From Candidatus Marinacidobacterales bacterium (GTDB taxonomy: Bacteria; Acidobacteriota; Vicinamibacteria; Marinacidobacterales; DATDRI01): 64,000 nt of DNA. Under the pieces are notes generated by a model. It made no database searches and was not told where the DNA came from. It was given only the letters and a program-made list of their open reading frames with translations. The translations under genes were made by a program, and so were the position numbers. Shown here one piece after another: positions 38,058-51,518 of this stretch (its first letter is position 1; the number at the start of each line of letters is the position of its first letter). The stretch is taken from the NCBI GenBank assembly GCA_965226495.1, contig OZ245365.1, positions 1,923,516 to 1,987,515 of the forward strand, written 5' to 3'.

Positions 38058-39239
38058 CTATTGGCCGAGGAGGTACTTGGCGATCGTGTTGAGCTGCATG
38101 TTCGAGGTGCCTTCGTATATCTTGCCGATCTTGGCATCCCTCCAGTACTTCTCTGCCGGGAAGTCCTTGCTGTAGCCGTAGCCGCCATAGATCTCGATCA
38201 CCTGCGAAGTCACGCGCTCTGCCACATCGGAGGAGAAGAGCTTGGCCATTGCCGCCTCGACGACGAACGGACGTCCCGCGTCCCGGAGCCGGGCTGCGTT
38301 GTAGACCATGAGGCGAGCCGCCTCCAGCTCGGTTGCACACTGGGCGATCTGGAACTGGATGCCTTGAAACTTGGCGATGGACTGACCGAAAGCCTGCCGC
38401 TCCTTCGCGTAGTTGATTCCGCACTCGAGTGAGCCGCGGGCGACCCCGATCATTTGTGCGCCAATACCGATTCTCCCTTCGTTCAACGTCTCTATGGCGA
38501 TCTTGTAGCCCTTACCGAGCTCTCCAAGTACGTTGGCCTTAGGGACCTTGCAGTCATTCAAGATCAGCTCGGTGGTACTCGAGGCGCGAATCCCAAGCTT
38601 ATCTTCCTTTTTTCCGACGGTGAATCCAGGGGAGTCGCGCTCTACCAGAAAGGCGGTGATGCCACGGTAGCCATCGTCGGGGTTGATATTGGCGAAGACG
38701 ATGAACAGGCCAGCCTCGGCCCCATTGGTAATCCACAACTTGTTTCCGGTCAGCCGGTAATCCTCTCCGTCCTCGAGCGCACGGCACGAGAGCGCAAAGG
38801 CATCGCTACCCGACTCCGGTTCTGAAAGCGCGTAGGCTCCAACCGTGTCGGAGGCGAGCCGGGGTAAGTAACGCTTCTTCTGATCCTCTGAGCCGCAACG
38901 GATCAAGGCGTTGTTTACAAGGGTGTTCTGCACGTCCATGAAAACACCAAGTGATGCGTCCACGCGGGAGATCTCTTCCACCGCCAAGACCGCCATGAAA
39001 AAACTGGAGCCAGAGCCCCCGTGGTCTTCCGGGATCTCGATCCCCATCAATCCGAGCTCGAAGAATTTCGGGATGAGGGAGGGTTCGAACGCCGTTTCGC
39101 GATCCATGGTGGAGACCAGTGGGCCGATTTCTTTCTCGGCGAACTCTCGCACTATGTCACGAAATATTTCTTCCTCTTCGGTGAGGACGGTGAGGGCTCG
39201 TTGGGCGTTCTCGGCGGAGATTTGAGTGTCGGTGCTCAT
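38058..39239 (-). CDS. Acyl-CoA dehydrogenase (short/branched-chain type)
   Basis: Full-length ACAD with canonical motifs. Confidence 0.9.
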   Translation of the reverse strand: MSTDTQISAENAQRALTVLTEEEEIFRDIVREFAEKEIGPLVSTMDRETAFEPSLIPKFFELGLMGIEIPEDHGGSGSSFFMAVLAVEEISRVDASLGVFMDVQNTLVNNALIRCGSEDQKKRYLPRLASDTVGAYALSEPESGSDAFALSCRALEDGEDYRLTGNKLWITNGAEAGLFIVFANINPDDGYRGITAFLVERDSPGFTVGKKEDKLGIRASSTTELILNDCKVPKANVLGELGKGYKIAIETLNEGRIGIGAQMIGVARGSLECGINYAKERQAFGQSIAKFQGIQFQIAQCATELEAARLMVYNAARLRDAGRPFVVEAAMAKLFSSDVAERVTSQVIEIYGGYGYSKDFPAEKYWRDAKIGKIYEGTSNMQLNTIAKYLLGQ

Positions 39240-39261
39240 GGCAGCCTCGGGCGGTAAAGGT

Positions 39262-41427
<2,166 letters not shown>

Positions 41428-41828
41428 CCATGCCCCCTCTCCAAAATGCTGTCCCGCCGTTTCCAGGTCGAGGAATCGGCGACGTTCCCCACCTTCAACC
41501 CCACTCTCTCGATCGTGTCACGGCCGACGCCTTTTCTGGCCGCTGTCGAAAGGAGAGGCTCCTGTTGCTAGCCGGTGCGAAGAACAGGTAGTGCCGTTCC
41601 AACCAATCTCGCCATGCACGACGGTGCCGCCTGGCTGCGCTAACGGTGACCTTGAGTTTGACTCTAGGTCGAAAACAGTTGGAACGGTACTAGCAGCAAA
41701 CCGCGAACCGATGGAATGGACAGCTCAAGCGTTCTCCATTCGCAGGAACATTATATATGAATCGACGAACCGGATTACTAGAGGAAGGTGACTCTCGACT
41801 TACCGATCGGTAAGCCAAATGGCTTTTG

Positions 41829-43037
41829 CTAGGCCGGCTTGAGGTCTGACAGTGCGAATCCGCGGAAGGAGATGAGACGTTCGATGGACTCGTCGACCTT
41901 GACATCGGGCGTGGAGGCACCCGCGGTGATGCCGATAGTCAATCCTCCACTGCCCAACCAGTCCCGCGTCACCACTTCTTCAGCTTCATGAACTGGCTTG
42001 TGGTGAATCTCAGCAGGCGAAACGAGGCACATCGAGTCGGCGATGTGGTAGGTCGGCGAGTACTCGGCGGAGATCTCGGCGAGGTGGGTCGTATTGCTGC
42101 TGTTGTAACCGCCCAGTACCAACATCAGGTCGACCTTTTCTTGCATCAGTTCTATGATGGCGTCCTGGCGCTCTTGGGTGGCGCTGCAGATGGTGTCGAA
42201 GGAGCGGAAGCGTTCGGCGACCTCCGATTCCCCGTAGCGGCGAGCCATCGACTTGCGAAGGTCCTCCCCGATAGCAAGAGATTCCGAACTGAGCATCGTT
42301 GTTTGATTGGCCAGTCCGATCCTTTGCAGGTCGCGGACAGGGTCGAAATCGGATGAGCAAGCCGAAGCGAACTTCTCGAGGAAACTGGTTGCGCTACCTC
42401 CGTGCTCGATATACCGGCACACCTCGTGCGCCTCGTCCATGTCTCGCACCACGAGAAAGTGGCCTCCCGGGAAACAAGAGGCGCGCGATACCGTCGCCTT
42501 CGTCTCCTCGTGCCAGTACTTGCCGTGGACGATCGAGGTAAAGCCGCTGCGGGCGTATCGCTCGACGTTCTTCCAAACGTTCAAGACGGAGCCGCACGTG
42601 GTGTCTACCAAGACGCAGCCTCGTTCCTTGAGAATATCCATTTCCGTTGTGCTGACACCGAAGGCGGGCAGCAGGACCACATCGTCCCCCGTCACCGGCC
42701 CGAACTTTTCAGGGGTTCCGTAGGGTCCATCCAAGAAACGGATGCCCATCTCCTCGAGCCGGCGGTTGACGTACGGATTGTGGATGATCTCCCCGGTTAT
42801 GTAGATGTCACGGTCGGGGAATCGGGTGCGGGCCTCGTAGGCGTATTCCACCGCACGATCCACGCCATAGCAAAAGCCGAACTCCTTGGCGAGGCGAATG
42901 GTTAAGTCTCCAGCCTGTAAACGGTAATTGTTGGCGCGGGCCAGATCGACGATCCAACCCTTGTAGTCCTTCTCGAGGGGGCCCTTCACCTGGGACTTCA
43001 AGCCCAAGCCCTTTTGGAAAATCTTCGTTTCCGCCAT
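41829..43037 (-). CDS. ispH: 4-hydroxy-3-methylbut-2-enyl diphosphate reductase
   Basis: IspH/LytB motifs (IIHNPYV, TTCGSV, LVLGGYNSSNTTHL). Confidence 0.85.
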   Translation of the reverse strand: MAETKIFQKGLGLKSQVKGPLEKDYKGWIVDLARANNYRLQAGDLTIRLAKEFGFCYGVDRAVEYAYEARTRFPDRDIYITGEIIHNPYVNRRLEEMGIRFLDGPYGTPEKFGPVTGDDVVLLPAFGVSTTEMDILKERGCVLVDTTCGSVLNVWKNVERYARSGFTSIVHGKYWHEETKATVSRASCFPGGHFLVVRDMDEAHEVCRYIEHGGSATSFLEKFASACSSDFDPVRDLQRIGLANQTTMLSSESLAIGEDLRKSMARRYGESEVAERFRSFDTICSATQERQDAIIELMQEKVDLMLVLGGYNSSNTTHLAEISAEYSPTYHIADSMCLVSPAEIHHKPVHEAEEVVTRDWLGSGGLTIGITAGASTPDVKVDESIERLISFRGFALSDLKPA

Positions 43038-43248
43038 GGAGGCTCAAGTATAGCTGCTTTATTCGCGCGGCGCGAGGTACTCGAGCACGCCGCCACCACC
43101 GGGGGGTTCCGGAGAGCGTCTCATCGACCTCGCGGTCGGCCAACTCTTGGCGTCAACATACGACGGTGCCGGTCATCGGCCTTGGTCATATAGTAGCGGC
43201 CTGCCAGTCTTGAAGTTATAATCAACGATGATCGGAGGAGGGTAGCTG

Positions 43249-43599
43249 ATGCAAGACGTTTTGATCACCGGGCCCCGCAAGAAACAACCCAAGATGCTGG
43301 CATTTGTCGACCAAGGGAAGTGCTTTGGACGGGGATGCGAGTTTTGTATCAACGTTTGTCCGGTGAAGGACTGCATCACCCTCGTTCCGGATCCTGAGCC
43401 CGGTACGGTCGGGGAGGTCTGCGACGTGAACATGGACACCTGCATCGGCTGCCAGCTTTGTGTGAAATTCTGCCCGCCCGATTACGATGCGGTCCACATG
43501 TTTCCCCACGACAAGGGAATGGAGCTGGCACAAGAAGAAGTTCGGACCTACGAGTATCGCCAGTACAACAAAAAGAAGGGCGGGGCCCTACCTGGCTAG
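43249..43599 (+). CDS. 2x[4Fe-4S] ferredoxin
   Basis: Two C-x2-C-x2-C-x3-CP type clusters. Confidence 0.7.
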   Translation: MQDVLITGPRKKQPKMLAFVDQGKCFGRGCEFCINVCPVKDCITLVPDPEPGTVGEVCDVNMDTCIGCQLCVKFCPPDYDAVHMFPHDKGMELAQEEVRTYEYRQYNKKKGGALPG

Positions 43600-43705
43600 T
43601 TCCCGTCCCGCTGCAACAGGCTCTTCCGGCTTCATCAACGGGCGCGACCTTTTCACGCGTTCCAGCGCTTCTGGGCAGGCGGAACAAGTGTAGTGTTTCC
43701 AGAAG

Positions 43706-43734
43706 TTGACCCTCCTATCGGCGCGTGCTAACTT
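43706..43734 (+). promoter_or_regulatory. Candidate sigma70 promoter for uvrB (TTGACC-17bp-TAACTT)
   Basis: Hexamers with 17-bp spacing. This implies that the true uvrB start is the ATG at 43788 rather than the GTG at 43725. Confidence 0.35.
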
Positions 43735-43787
43735 CCGGAGTTGTTCAGCGAGTCAACCGGGCACTAGGCACCAACCAACAATCGTCG

Positions 43788-45839
43788 ATGTCGGTCTCCC
43801 AGACGGTACCAAAAGCGAAGCCTGGAGATTTTCGCCTGGTCTCGGAGTTCGAGGCCAAGGGTGATCAACCCCGCGCCATCGGAGAGCTCGTCGCCGGACT
43901 GAACCGCGGAGACCCGTACCAAGTCCTCTTGGGGGTCACGGGCTCCGGCAAGACCTTTTCCATCGCCAAGGTCATCGAGGCGGTAAACCGACCCACCCTG
44001 GTGATTGCCCACAACAAGACCTTGGGGGCGCAGCTCTACCAGGAGTTCCACGCGTTCTTCCCCGACAACGCGGTAGAGTATTTCGTCAGCTACTACGACT
44101 ATTACCAGCCGGAGGCCTACGTCCCGACGACCGATACCTATATCGAGAAAGAGGCAACTATCAACGACGAGATCGACCGTATGCGGCTTTCCGCAACCCG
44201 GTCGTTGTTCGAGCGGCGAGACGTGCTGATCGTCGCCAGCGTCTCGTGCATCTACGGACTGGGCTCTCCCGAGGCCTACTACGGCATGCTCCTGGTCGTC
44301 GAGGAGGGAGAGACCGTTGATCGCTCGAAGATCCTCAGAAAGCTCGTCGAGATTCAATACGAACGCAACGACTACGATCTGAAGCGGGGAACGTTCCGTG
44401 TTCGGGGCGACGTTATCGAGATCATCCCAGCACATGAGGATTCGGGCGTCAGAATCGAGCTATTCGGAGACGAGGTCGAGTCCATATCGCAGATCGATCC
44501 ACTTACCGGGAAGGCCTTGGGGGCTCTGAAGAGAGTCGTCATCTATCCCAAGACCCACTACGTGACGCCCCGTGAAAGAACGGTGCGAGCCATCGAGACG
44601 ATTCGGGAGGAGCTCGATGCGCACACCGCGACGCTCCGTTCCGAGGGCAAGCTTCTAGAAGCTCAACGAGTCGCGCAGCGCACCCTCTTCGATTTGGAGA
44701 TGCTTCAGGAAGTCGGCTATTGCCACGGCATCGAAAACTACTCGCGGCATCTCACCGGTCGACAACCAGGGCAACCACCGCCCACCTTGATGGACTACTT
44801 TCCGCGGGACGTTCTGATCGTCATTGATGAGAGTCATCAAACGATCCCTCAGCTTCGCGGCATGTATCACGGCGACCGCTCGCGCAAGGAAACGTTGGTG
44901 GACTACGGGTTCCGACTGCCGTCTGCCTTGGACAACCGACCTCTCAACTTTGGAGAGTTCGAAGAGCGCTTGGGGCAGGTGATCTTCGCATCTGCCACAC
45001 CCGCCGCGGCACAGCTCGAGAAGACTGAGGGGGTGGTTGTCGAGCAGATCATTCGTCCCACCGGCCTCATGGATCCCCAAGTCGAAGTTCGTCCGGTCAG
45101 CGGGCAGGTAGACGATTTGCTCCACGAGATTCGCGAACGGGAGAAACGCAAGGAACGAGTTCTGGTGACTACGCTGACGAAGAGGATGGCCGAGGATCTG
45201 AGCGAATACTACACCGAGCTCGGGGTCCGTTGCCGCTATCTCCACTCTGACATCGATACTCTGGAGCGCATGAAGATCCTTCGCGACCTACGCTTGGGAG
45301 AATTCGACGTTTTGATCGGAATCAACCTGCTTCGCGAGGGTCTCGACCTTCCGGAAGTTTCGCTGGTTGCGATTCTGGATGCCGATAAAGAGGGCTTCCT
45401 GCGGTCGGAGGGGTCCCTGATTCAGACGATGGGCCGCGCTGCCCGAAACGTCAACGGTACCTCTATCCTTTACGCAGATAAGGTCACGGACTCGATGCAG
45501 CGGGCCATGTCCGAGACCAGTCGTCGTCGCGAGCGCCAGCAGGAATACAACATCCAGCACGGGATTACGCCCGAAACGATCGTGAAATCCATCGGCGCCG
45601 TCTTCGGCAGCGTGTACGAGCAGGACTATCCCGCGATCCCGTCAGTCGCCGAGGGAAGACCGGACCTTGGGACAGCCGAAGAACTCGAGAGAGAGATCAA
45701 GAAGCTGAACAAAGCGATGAAGCGGGCCTCTCAGCAGCTTGAATTCGAAAAGGCGGCCGAGATCCGTGACAAAATCAAGGAGCTTCGGCAACTCGAGCTC
45801 TTCGATGACTTGATGCCTGAGAAACCATGGAAGCGGTAA
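43788..45839 (+). CDS. uvrB: Excinuclease ABC subunit B
   Basis: Full-length UvrB with helicase motifs and C-terminal UVR domain. Alternative start at 43725. Confidence 0.9.
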   Translation: MSVSQTVPKAKPGDFRLVSEFEAKGDQPRAIGELVAGLNRGDPYQVLLGVTGSGKTFSIAKVIEAVNRPTLVIAHNKTLGAQLYQEFHAFFPDNAVEYFVSYYDYYQPEAYVPTTDTYIEKEATINDEIDRMRLSATRSLFERRDVLIVASVSCIYGLGSPEAYYGMLLVVEEGETVDRSKILRKLVEIQYERNDYDLKRGTFRVRGDVIEIIPAHEDSGVRIELFGDEVESISQIDPLTGKALGALKRVVIYPKTHYVTPRERTVRAIETIREELDAHTATLRSEGKLLEAQRVAQRTLFDLEMLQEVGYCHGIENYSRHLTGRQPGQPPPTLMDYFPRDVLIVIDESHQTIPQLRGMYHGDRSRKETLVDYGFRLPSALDNRPLNFGEFEERLGQVIFASATPAAAQLEKTEGVVVEQIIRPTGLMDPQVEVRPVSGQVDDLLHEIREREKRKERVLVTTLTKRMAEDLSEYYTELGVRCRYLHSDIDTLERMKILRDLRLGEFDVLIGINLLREGLDLPEVSLVAILDADKEGFLRSEGSLIQTMGRAARNVNGTSILYADKVTDSMQRAMSETSRRRERQQEYNIQHGITPETIVKSIGAVFGSVYEQDYPAIPSVAEGRPDLGTAEELEREIKKLNKAMKRASQQLEFEKAAEIRDKIKELRQLELFDDLMPEKPWKR

Positions 45840-46609
45840 TCAGTGGCGCTTCGGTGCGCCTCAAACGTACGATTCTCGGTATCCAAGAGTTCACACTCTT
45901 GTCTTTCCGCGCGTTCCGAAATCTTTTTTCTCCTCCCCGGTATTGGAAGGACACTTTCGATATGATGGATATCATCGGGGTAGGCTCGGTGACCATCGTT
46001 TGTCTGACCGGACTATTTACCGGAATGGTACTCACCGTGCAAAGCTCCGCCACTCTAGACGCCTTTGGCGCGCGACCTTACGTGGGACGGATGGTTTCAC
46101 TTTCGATGATTCGCGAGCTGGGACCGGTCCTGACATCCCTGATGGTTGCCGGCCGAGTCGGCTCCGGTATGGCTGCCGAGCTCGGCTCGATGGTCGTGAC
46201 CCAGCAGATAGATGCGATGCGTTCCCTGGGCACCGATCCCATCCGAAAGTTGGTTACCCCAAGGATGGTGAGTGGGCTGGTGATGGTTCCGGTTCTGACC
46301 ATCTTGTCGGATGCGGTCGGAATGTTGGGGGGATTCTTGGTAGCGCGCTTTACGTTACGCTTGGCCACCGAGTTCTACTGGCACTCCGCGGTCGATGCCA
46401 TTCGGATGCAAGACATCTCGATGGGGCTCATAAAACCATTTGTCTTCGGGTACATTATTGTTGCGGTCGGATGCTATGTGGGACTTGGTACGCGCGGTGG
46501 AACCCAGGGGGTGGGCGTTTCGACGACACGCTCGGTGGTGATGGCCTCGGTTTTGATTCTGGCTGCTGACTATATCCTCAACTTACTCATCCTTCACTTC
46601 GTTTACTAG
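45827..46609 (+). CDS. mlaE: ABC transporter permease, MlaE/YrbE family
   Basis: Characteristic MlaE TM pattern and motifs. Confidence 0.8.
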   Translation: MEAVISGASVRLKRTILGIQEFTLLSFRAFRNLFSPPRYWKDTFDMMDIIGVGSVTIVCLTGLFTGMVLTVQSSATLDAFGARPYVGRMVSLSMIRELGPVLTSLMVAGRVGSGMAAELGSMVVTQQIDAMRSLGTDPIRKLVTPRMVSGLVMVPVLTILSDAVGMLGGFLVARFTLRLATEFYWHSAVDAIRMQDISMGLIKPFVFGYIIVAVGCYVGLGTRGGTQGVGVSTTRSVVMASVLILAADYILNLLILHFVY

Positions 46610-47421
46610 TGAGCCCATCCGCCCCCGTCATTTCCTTCCGCAGTGTTTACTACGCCTATCCTGAGGCGGAGGAATACGCTCTCGAAGACATCACGTTCCA
46701 GATCCCTGCGTCTGGCACCGAGATCATCCTCGGTGGAAGCGGATCCGGGAAGTCGACGATCCTCAAGCTGGTTTTGGGCCTGATCAAGCCTGAATCGGGT
46801 TCGATCCAGATCGACGGTGTCGAGATCGCCGATATGAAAGAACTTGATCTGATGGCGATCCGCTCCAAGATCGGAATGGTTTTTCAAGAAGGAGCCCTGT
46901 TCGATTCTCTCACCGTGGCGGAGAACGTCGGGTTTCGGCTGCGCGAGCACGACAAATTGCCGGAGGAAGAGTTCGAGGACAAAGTCCGTGCGATGCTCGG
47001 ATTCGTAGAACTGGACGAGTTTTATGATCGGATGCCGTCGGAGCTCTCGGGTGGTCAGCGGCGCCGGGTGGCGGTGGCTCGAGCCATGGCGCACCGACCG
47101 GAGTTGATTCTCTACGACGAGGCAACAACCGGCCTCGACCCCATCACCGCCCGCACGGTCTGTGACCTCATTGTCAAGTTACGAGATCTTGAAGGAGTCA
47201 CGACGGTGCTGGTTACGCACCAGCTACGGGACGCGTTTCAGGTTGCTCAGAGTTTCGTCTTCATGCAGAACGGCGAGATGGCATACAACCATATCGACGA
47301 CCTAGACTTTCTAGTGGGCACCGAGTTCGTTGTCCTCAATGAGGGGCGGTCTGTTTTTCGAGGACGGCAGAAAGAGCTCTGGGAAACGTCGGACGATTAC
47401 GTAAGGAAATTCCTGTCCTGA
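46609..47421 (+). CDS. mlaF: ABC transporter ATP-binding protein, MlaF family
   Basis: Walker A (GGSGSGKST), signature LSGGQ, Walker B. Confidence 0.85.
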   Translation: MSPSAPVISFRSVYYAYPEAEEYALEDITFQIPASGTEIILGGSGSGKSTILKLVLGLIKPESGSIQIDGVEIADMKELDLMAIRSKIGMVFQEGALFDSLTVAENVGFRLREHDKLPEEEFEDKVRAMLGFVELDEFYDRMPSELSGGQRRRVAVARAMAHRPELILYDEATTGLDPITARTVCDLIVKLRDLEGVTTVLVTHQLRDAFQVAQSFVFMQNGEMAYNHIDDLDFLVGTEFVVLNEGRSVFRGRQKELWETSDDYVRKFLS

Positions 47422-47461
47422 TCTCTTTCAGGAATTCTCACCAGGAGCGGAGGAAAGCGTC

Positions 47462-48520
47462 ATGCCAACGAAGAAGACAATTAGCTACTCCCAGTTGCGA
47501 GTGGGCATCGTAGTTCTTATCGCGCTGGGTATATTCCTGTTCACCACGCTCTACATTACGCGCCAGGGGGGACTGCCATTGTTCGGTGGGCAGTACACTC
47601 TTTACAGCTATCTCGGCGATGTGAATGGGCTGAAGGCGGGTGCTCCTGTCCACCTATCCGGTGTGGAAGTGGGTTCGGTGACGCGAGTCGCGTTTGCGTC
47701 GCCGGAAGCACCTAGGCCGGTCCAAGTAACCATCAAGCTGCGAAGTGACATACACGACAGAGTGACTACGAGCTCACAGCTCAGTGTAGGTAGCCTCGGA
47801 GTCCTGGGCGAGAAAATGGTGAACATCGACTCCGGGCCAGCCGGTGGTGACCCGATTCCGGATGGAGGCGTGCTCGAGGGAGAGGCCGGCGACCCAATCA
47901 AGGGAATTATCACCGATGCCTCTCAAACCATGAAAGACGTCCGAGACTTAATGTCCAACATTCAGGAGGGCAAGGGATCGTTGGGCCAGATCCTGAAGGG
48001 TGAAGAGTTTCATCAACGGCTCTCGGATTTCATCGCTCGGGCGCAGGAGGTCTTCGGTCGAATGAACAGCGGAGACGGTACTCTGGGCAAGCTGCTCAAC
48101 GACCCGGAGGTGTACAACAACCTGAAGGAGCTCACGTCAGGATTGAATGACGTCGTGACCAAGATTAGGGACGGCGAAGGTGGCCTCGGCAAACTGGTGA
48201 ATGATACAGGGACCGCTGATTCTCTGAGCAACATGTTTCGGCAGCTCGACGTCGTCACGGCTCGCTTGGCCGAAGGAGAAGGCTCAATCGGTGCGCTAAT
48301 CAAAGAGCGGGAGTTCTATGACAGTCTCAATGCCCTGTCCGGCAACCTAGACAGCATCACCGCGCGCGTGGAAAAGGGGGACGGGACGTTGGGGCAGCTC
48401 GTCCAGGACCGCGAGCTCTACGACAACATAAACGGTACGGCTGGAGAGCTGCAGGGGTTGCTCAAGGACATCCGTGCGGATCCCAAGAGATACCTTCGGA
48501 TCAAGGTGAGCTTGTTCTAG
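47462..48520 (+). CDS. mlaD: MCE-domain substrate-binding protein (MlaD-like) with long C-terminal repeat region
   Basis: N-terminal TM, MCE domain, then repeated GxGxLGKL motifs. Confidence 0.75.
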   Translation: MPTKKTISYSQLRVGIVVLIALGIFLFTTLYITRQGGLPLFGGQYTLYSYLGDVNGLKAGAPVHLSGVEVGSVTRVAFASPEAPRPVQVTIKLRSDIHDRVTTSSQLSVGSLGVLGEKMVNIDSGPAGGDPIPDGGVLEGEAGDPIKGIITDASQTMKDVRDLMSNIQEGKGSLGQILKGEEFHQRLSDFIARAQEVFGRMNSGDGTLGKLLNDPEVYNNLKELTSGLNDVVTKIRDGEGGLGKLVNDTGTADSLSNMFRQLDVVTARLAEGEGSIGALIKEREFYDSLNALSGNLDSITARVEKGDGTLGQLVQDRELYDNINGTAGELQGLLKDIRADPKRYLRIKVSLF

Positions 48521-48537
48521 GGCCGTCTGGCCAACGA

Positions 48538-49269
48538 CTAGTTGGTGCGGTCCGGACTGGGGGCAGGTTGACGCTCTTGCTCGTCGTGGCGGCGAAGCGC
48601 CTCCATCATGAACTCAGTTGTCGAACGTACCGACTGGATGTTGGAGCGTATGTTCGAGTGCACGAAGTTGAAACGGCCCCGGCGCAGCGGGATGAGCCGA
48701 TAGACGGCCTCCTCGCCTTGGTGCGGGCCCGTGAATCCGCCACAAATGTATCCATCCAGCAGGTGAATCTCACCGGTGGCTTCCTCGGTGTCGATGCGTA
48801 GTACGCCGGTAGCCTGGTTCGCTTCCAGCAGTTGAAGGATATCGGTGGTCTTGAAGTGAGAGAGATCTCCGGACAGCTCTCCTTGCTCGTTTCGTTGGTG
48901 AGCCTCGATTTGAGTTCGACAACGCCGGACGAGCTCCTTCATGCTGAACGGTTTGAGCAGGTAGTCGTCGGCGCCGGCGTCTAGACACGCGAGCCGGTGT
49001 TCGGGCGTGGAGTCCCCGGATACCAGTATCAGCGGGAGGTTGTCGAATCCGTGCCCGGCCCGAAGTGCCTTGCTGAAGGCGAGCCCGTCCATTTCGGGGA
49101 GATCGTTCTCACAAAGTACGAGGTCGGGCGTCTCCCGGCGAACCGCTGGGAGCGCCTCCCGGGCGTCTCGAAAGGCAGCGACGTCGAAGTCAGACTTCGC
49201 GAGGTACTGCTGGAGGACGCCGCTCAGGTCGGGATTCGGCTCAATGATAAGGATACGGTAGCGCGCCAT
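48538..49269 (-). CDS. Response regulator receiver with C-terminal DUF4388-like domain
   Basis: REC domain (phospho-acceptor Asp in LVLCENDLPEMDG) followed by a DUF4388-like region (KTTDILQLL..). Confidence 0.7.
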   Translation of the reverse strand: MARYRILIIEPNPDLSGVLQQYLAKSDFDVAAFRDAREALPAVRRETPDLVLCENDLPEMDGLAFSKALRAGHGFDNLPLILVSGDSTPEHRLACLDAGADDYLLKPFSMKELVRRCRTQIEAHQRNEQGELSGDLSHFKTTDILQLLEANQATGVLRIDTEEATGEIHLLDGYICGGFTGPHQGEEAVYRLIPLRRGRFNFVHSNIRSNIQSVRSTTEFMMEALRRHDEQERQPAPSPDRTN

Positions 49270-49466
49270 AGACGCATCGTCGGGTTGCACTGACCATTGT
49301 AAGGAGCGGGCCGAAGTCCTGTCAAATGTGATAGAAAGGAGTTTGATGGCCTCGATCGGCAATGATAAACTGATTAAATTGCTACCTCTGCTAGCACTTT
49401 GCTGCGGTCGCCTGAGCGTCAACAGCCGTCAGGAGAGCGGAGAAGGCGATCGTAGTAAGTGAGCCC

Positions 49467-50228
49467 ATGATCGAAAGTTTTGGAGTCACCGATATCGGTA
49501 GGCGCCGCCAACTGAACGAAGATGCCATGCTCATCGACGACAAAGCGGGCCTCTACGTTGTCGCCGACGGCATGGGTGGACACAATGCCGGCGAGGTCGC
49601 CTCTCAATTGGCGGTCGAGACAGTCTCCAATTTCGTCGGGCGCTCCGGCCATGACGAAGAGATCACGTGGCCGTATGGAGTGGACCCCGCGATTTCCATC
49701 AACGCGAACCGTCTCCGAACCGCCATCATGCTCGCGAACAAGCGAGTATGGAAAGAGGCTGACAATCGTGAAGACTATACCGGTATGGGGACTACCATCG
49801 TCGGGGGGCTCGCCGAAGACGCGAGTTTGATCCTGTGTGGAGCAGGTGATAGTCGGGCTTACCGATTCCGCGGGGTTGCCCTCGACCAGATTACGGTCGA
49901 TGACTCGTGGGTGCAGGTAGCTTTGAGCGAAGGACTCCTCCAGGCAGAGGAGGCCGAAAACCATCCGATGAAGAACATAATCACCAAAGCGGTAGGGGCA
50001 AAGCAGAACATCGACTTGACCGTACACGAGGAGGTTCTGGAGGACGGAGACCTCTACCTTCTTTGCACCGACGGGCTTCATGGAATGCTGAATCACGCGG
50101 GAATCGTCGAGATTCTGACTGCCAAGAAGGCCAACCTAGAAGAAGCAGTCCAGGGGCTCGTAGCCGCCGCCAACGAGAACGGCGGAAAAGACAACATCAC
50201 CGCAGTCGTGGTTCGCTACAGCAAGTAA
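49467..50228 (+). CDS. PP2C-family Ser/Thr protein phosphatase
   Basis: DIGRRRQLNED..VADGMGGH motifs. Confidence 0.85.
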   Translation: MIESFGVTDIGRRRQLNEDAMLIDDKAGLYVVADGMGGHNAGEVASQLAVETVSNFVGRSGHDEEITWPYGVDPAISINANRLRTAIMLANKRVWKEADNREDYTGMGTTIVGGLAEDASLILCGAGDSRAYRFRGVALDQITVDDSWVQVALSEGLLQAEEAENHPMKNIITKAVGAKQNIDLTVHEEVLEDGDLYLLCTDGLHGMLNHAGIVEILTAKKANLEEAVQGLVAAANENGGKDNITAVVVRYSK

Positions 50229-50278
50229 GTGTCTGACTCCGACGCGCAAACGCTTCGCGCCTTCGTGGCTCTTCGTAA

Positions 50279-51456
50279 TTGCGCCCTCACTCCTCGTTCG
50301 GGCGCTGGCCGCTACGCCGCCTTCGCGGCTGCGCGGCGGCTGAGGGCTCACCCGGCCGGCGGGCCTTCGGCCCTCTGCTGGATCTAGCGGTGTCGTCCTA
50401 TACTCAAACTAAGCGGCCGTCTTTGCTGAGCGAGGTCTTGGGGCCTTTCTGGCGACGCTTCGCTTGGGCGAGCGGCTACTTCGTTGCCATTCTCCTGATG
50501 GGTACGGTGGCGTACCGATTCATCGAGCAGTGGGACTGGTTCAATTCGTTCTACATGGCAGTCACCACGGTGAGCTCCGTGGGATTCATGGAAGTCGAGC
50601 CCCTCTCTCCGGGTGGGCGAGTCTTTACGATGTTGCTGATTGTCTTTGCCGTCACTGGACTCGGGATCTGGTGGGGTCTCACAACTGCGCTCATCGTCGA
50701 GCTCGATCTGGGTGGGGTGCTGCGGAGGCGTCGAATCATGAGGAAAGTCTCAGAGCTGACGAACCATTTCATCGTTTGCGGTGGGGGACGAATGGGGAGG
50801 GTCGTTGTGGAGGAGCTGTACACAACGGGTAAGCCCTTCGTCGTCATTGAGCGGGATGCTGCAAGGGCGGCGGCGATTCTGGAGCAGTTTCCGGGCATCC
50901 TTCTTATTGCCGACGACGCGACCAAGGAGCACACCTTGACCGAGGCCGGTATCGAGCGGGCCAGTGGCTTGGCGGCTTGTCTCACCGATGACGCAGAGAA
51001 CTTGTTGTTGTGCCTTACGGCCCGCGGTATGCGTTCCGACATGACCATTGTGGCGAGAGCCGCCTACCAAGAATCCTTGGACAAGCTCCGGAGAGCAGGA
51101 GCCGACCATGTGATGTCACCGATTGTGACGGGCGGTATACGCATCGCTTCCATGCTTCTGCGGCCTTCCGTGGTGAGCTACCTCGATGTGGCGACGACCG
51201 GCGCCGATGAGATGGCCCTTCGTTTGGAGGAAACGGATATACCGCAGAGCTCTCCTTTGGTTGGACGCTCGCTGTCGGAAGCAAAGATTCCACAGTGAAC
51301 GGGGCTCATCGTGATGTCGGTGCGTCACCGCACTGGGGGTGCCACCGCGACCCATAACCCCGGTCCGGAAACGTGCCTCGAGGCCGGGGACGTTTTGATC
51401 GTGCTGGGCCGTCAGGAACAGATCCAGCGGCTGCGGGAGTATGTACAGAAGGGCTA
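50279..51456 (+). pseudogene. Two-TM K+ channel with RCK (TrkA-N/TrkA-C) domain, frameshifted near 51295
   Basis: Pore region and RCK-N GxGxxG (CGGGRMG). The RCK-C tail (..TGLIVMSVRHR..GDVLIVLGRQEQIQRL) continues in another frame after the stop at 51298. Confidence 0.6.
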
Positions 51457-51518
51457 GAGGCATGCTAGCGTTTTCTCAGGCCCGGTGGTAACCTTTTGCG
51501 AAAGCAAGGAGAACGAAC

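Noticed and set aside
43725-43787. GTG start of uvrB at 43725
   Set aside because: It lies inside a good -35/-10 promoter pair. The ATG at 43788 gives an N-terminus aligning with the conserved F-x-L-x-S-x-F UvrB start. Kept as the alternative.
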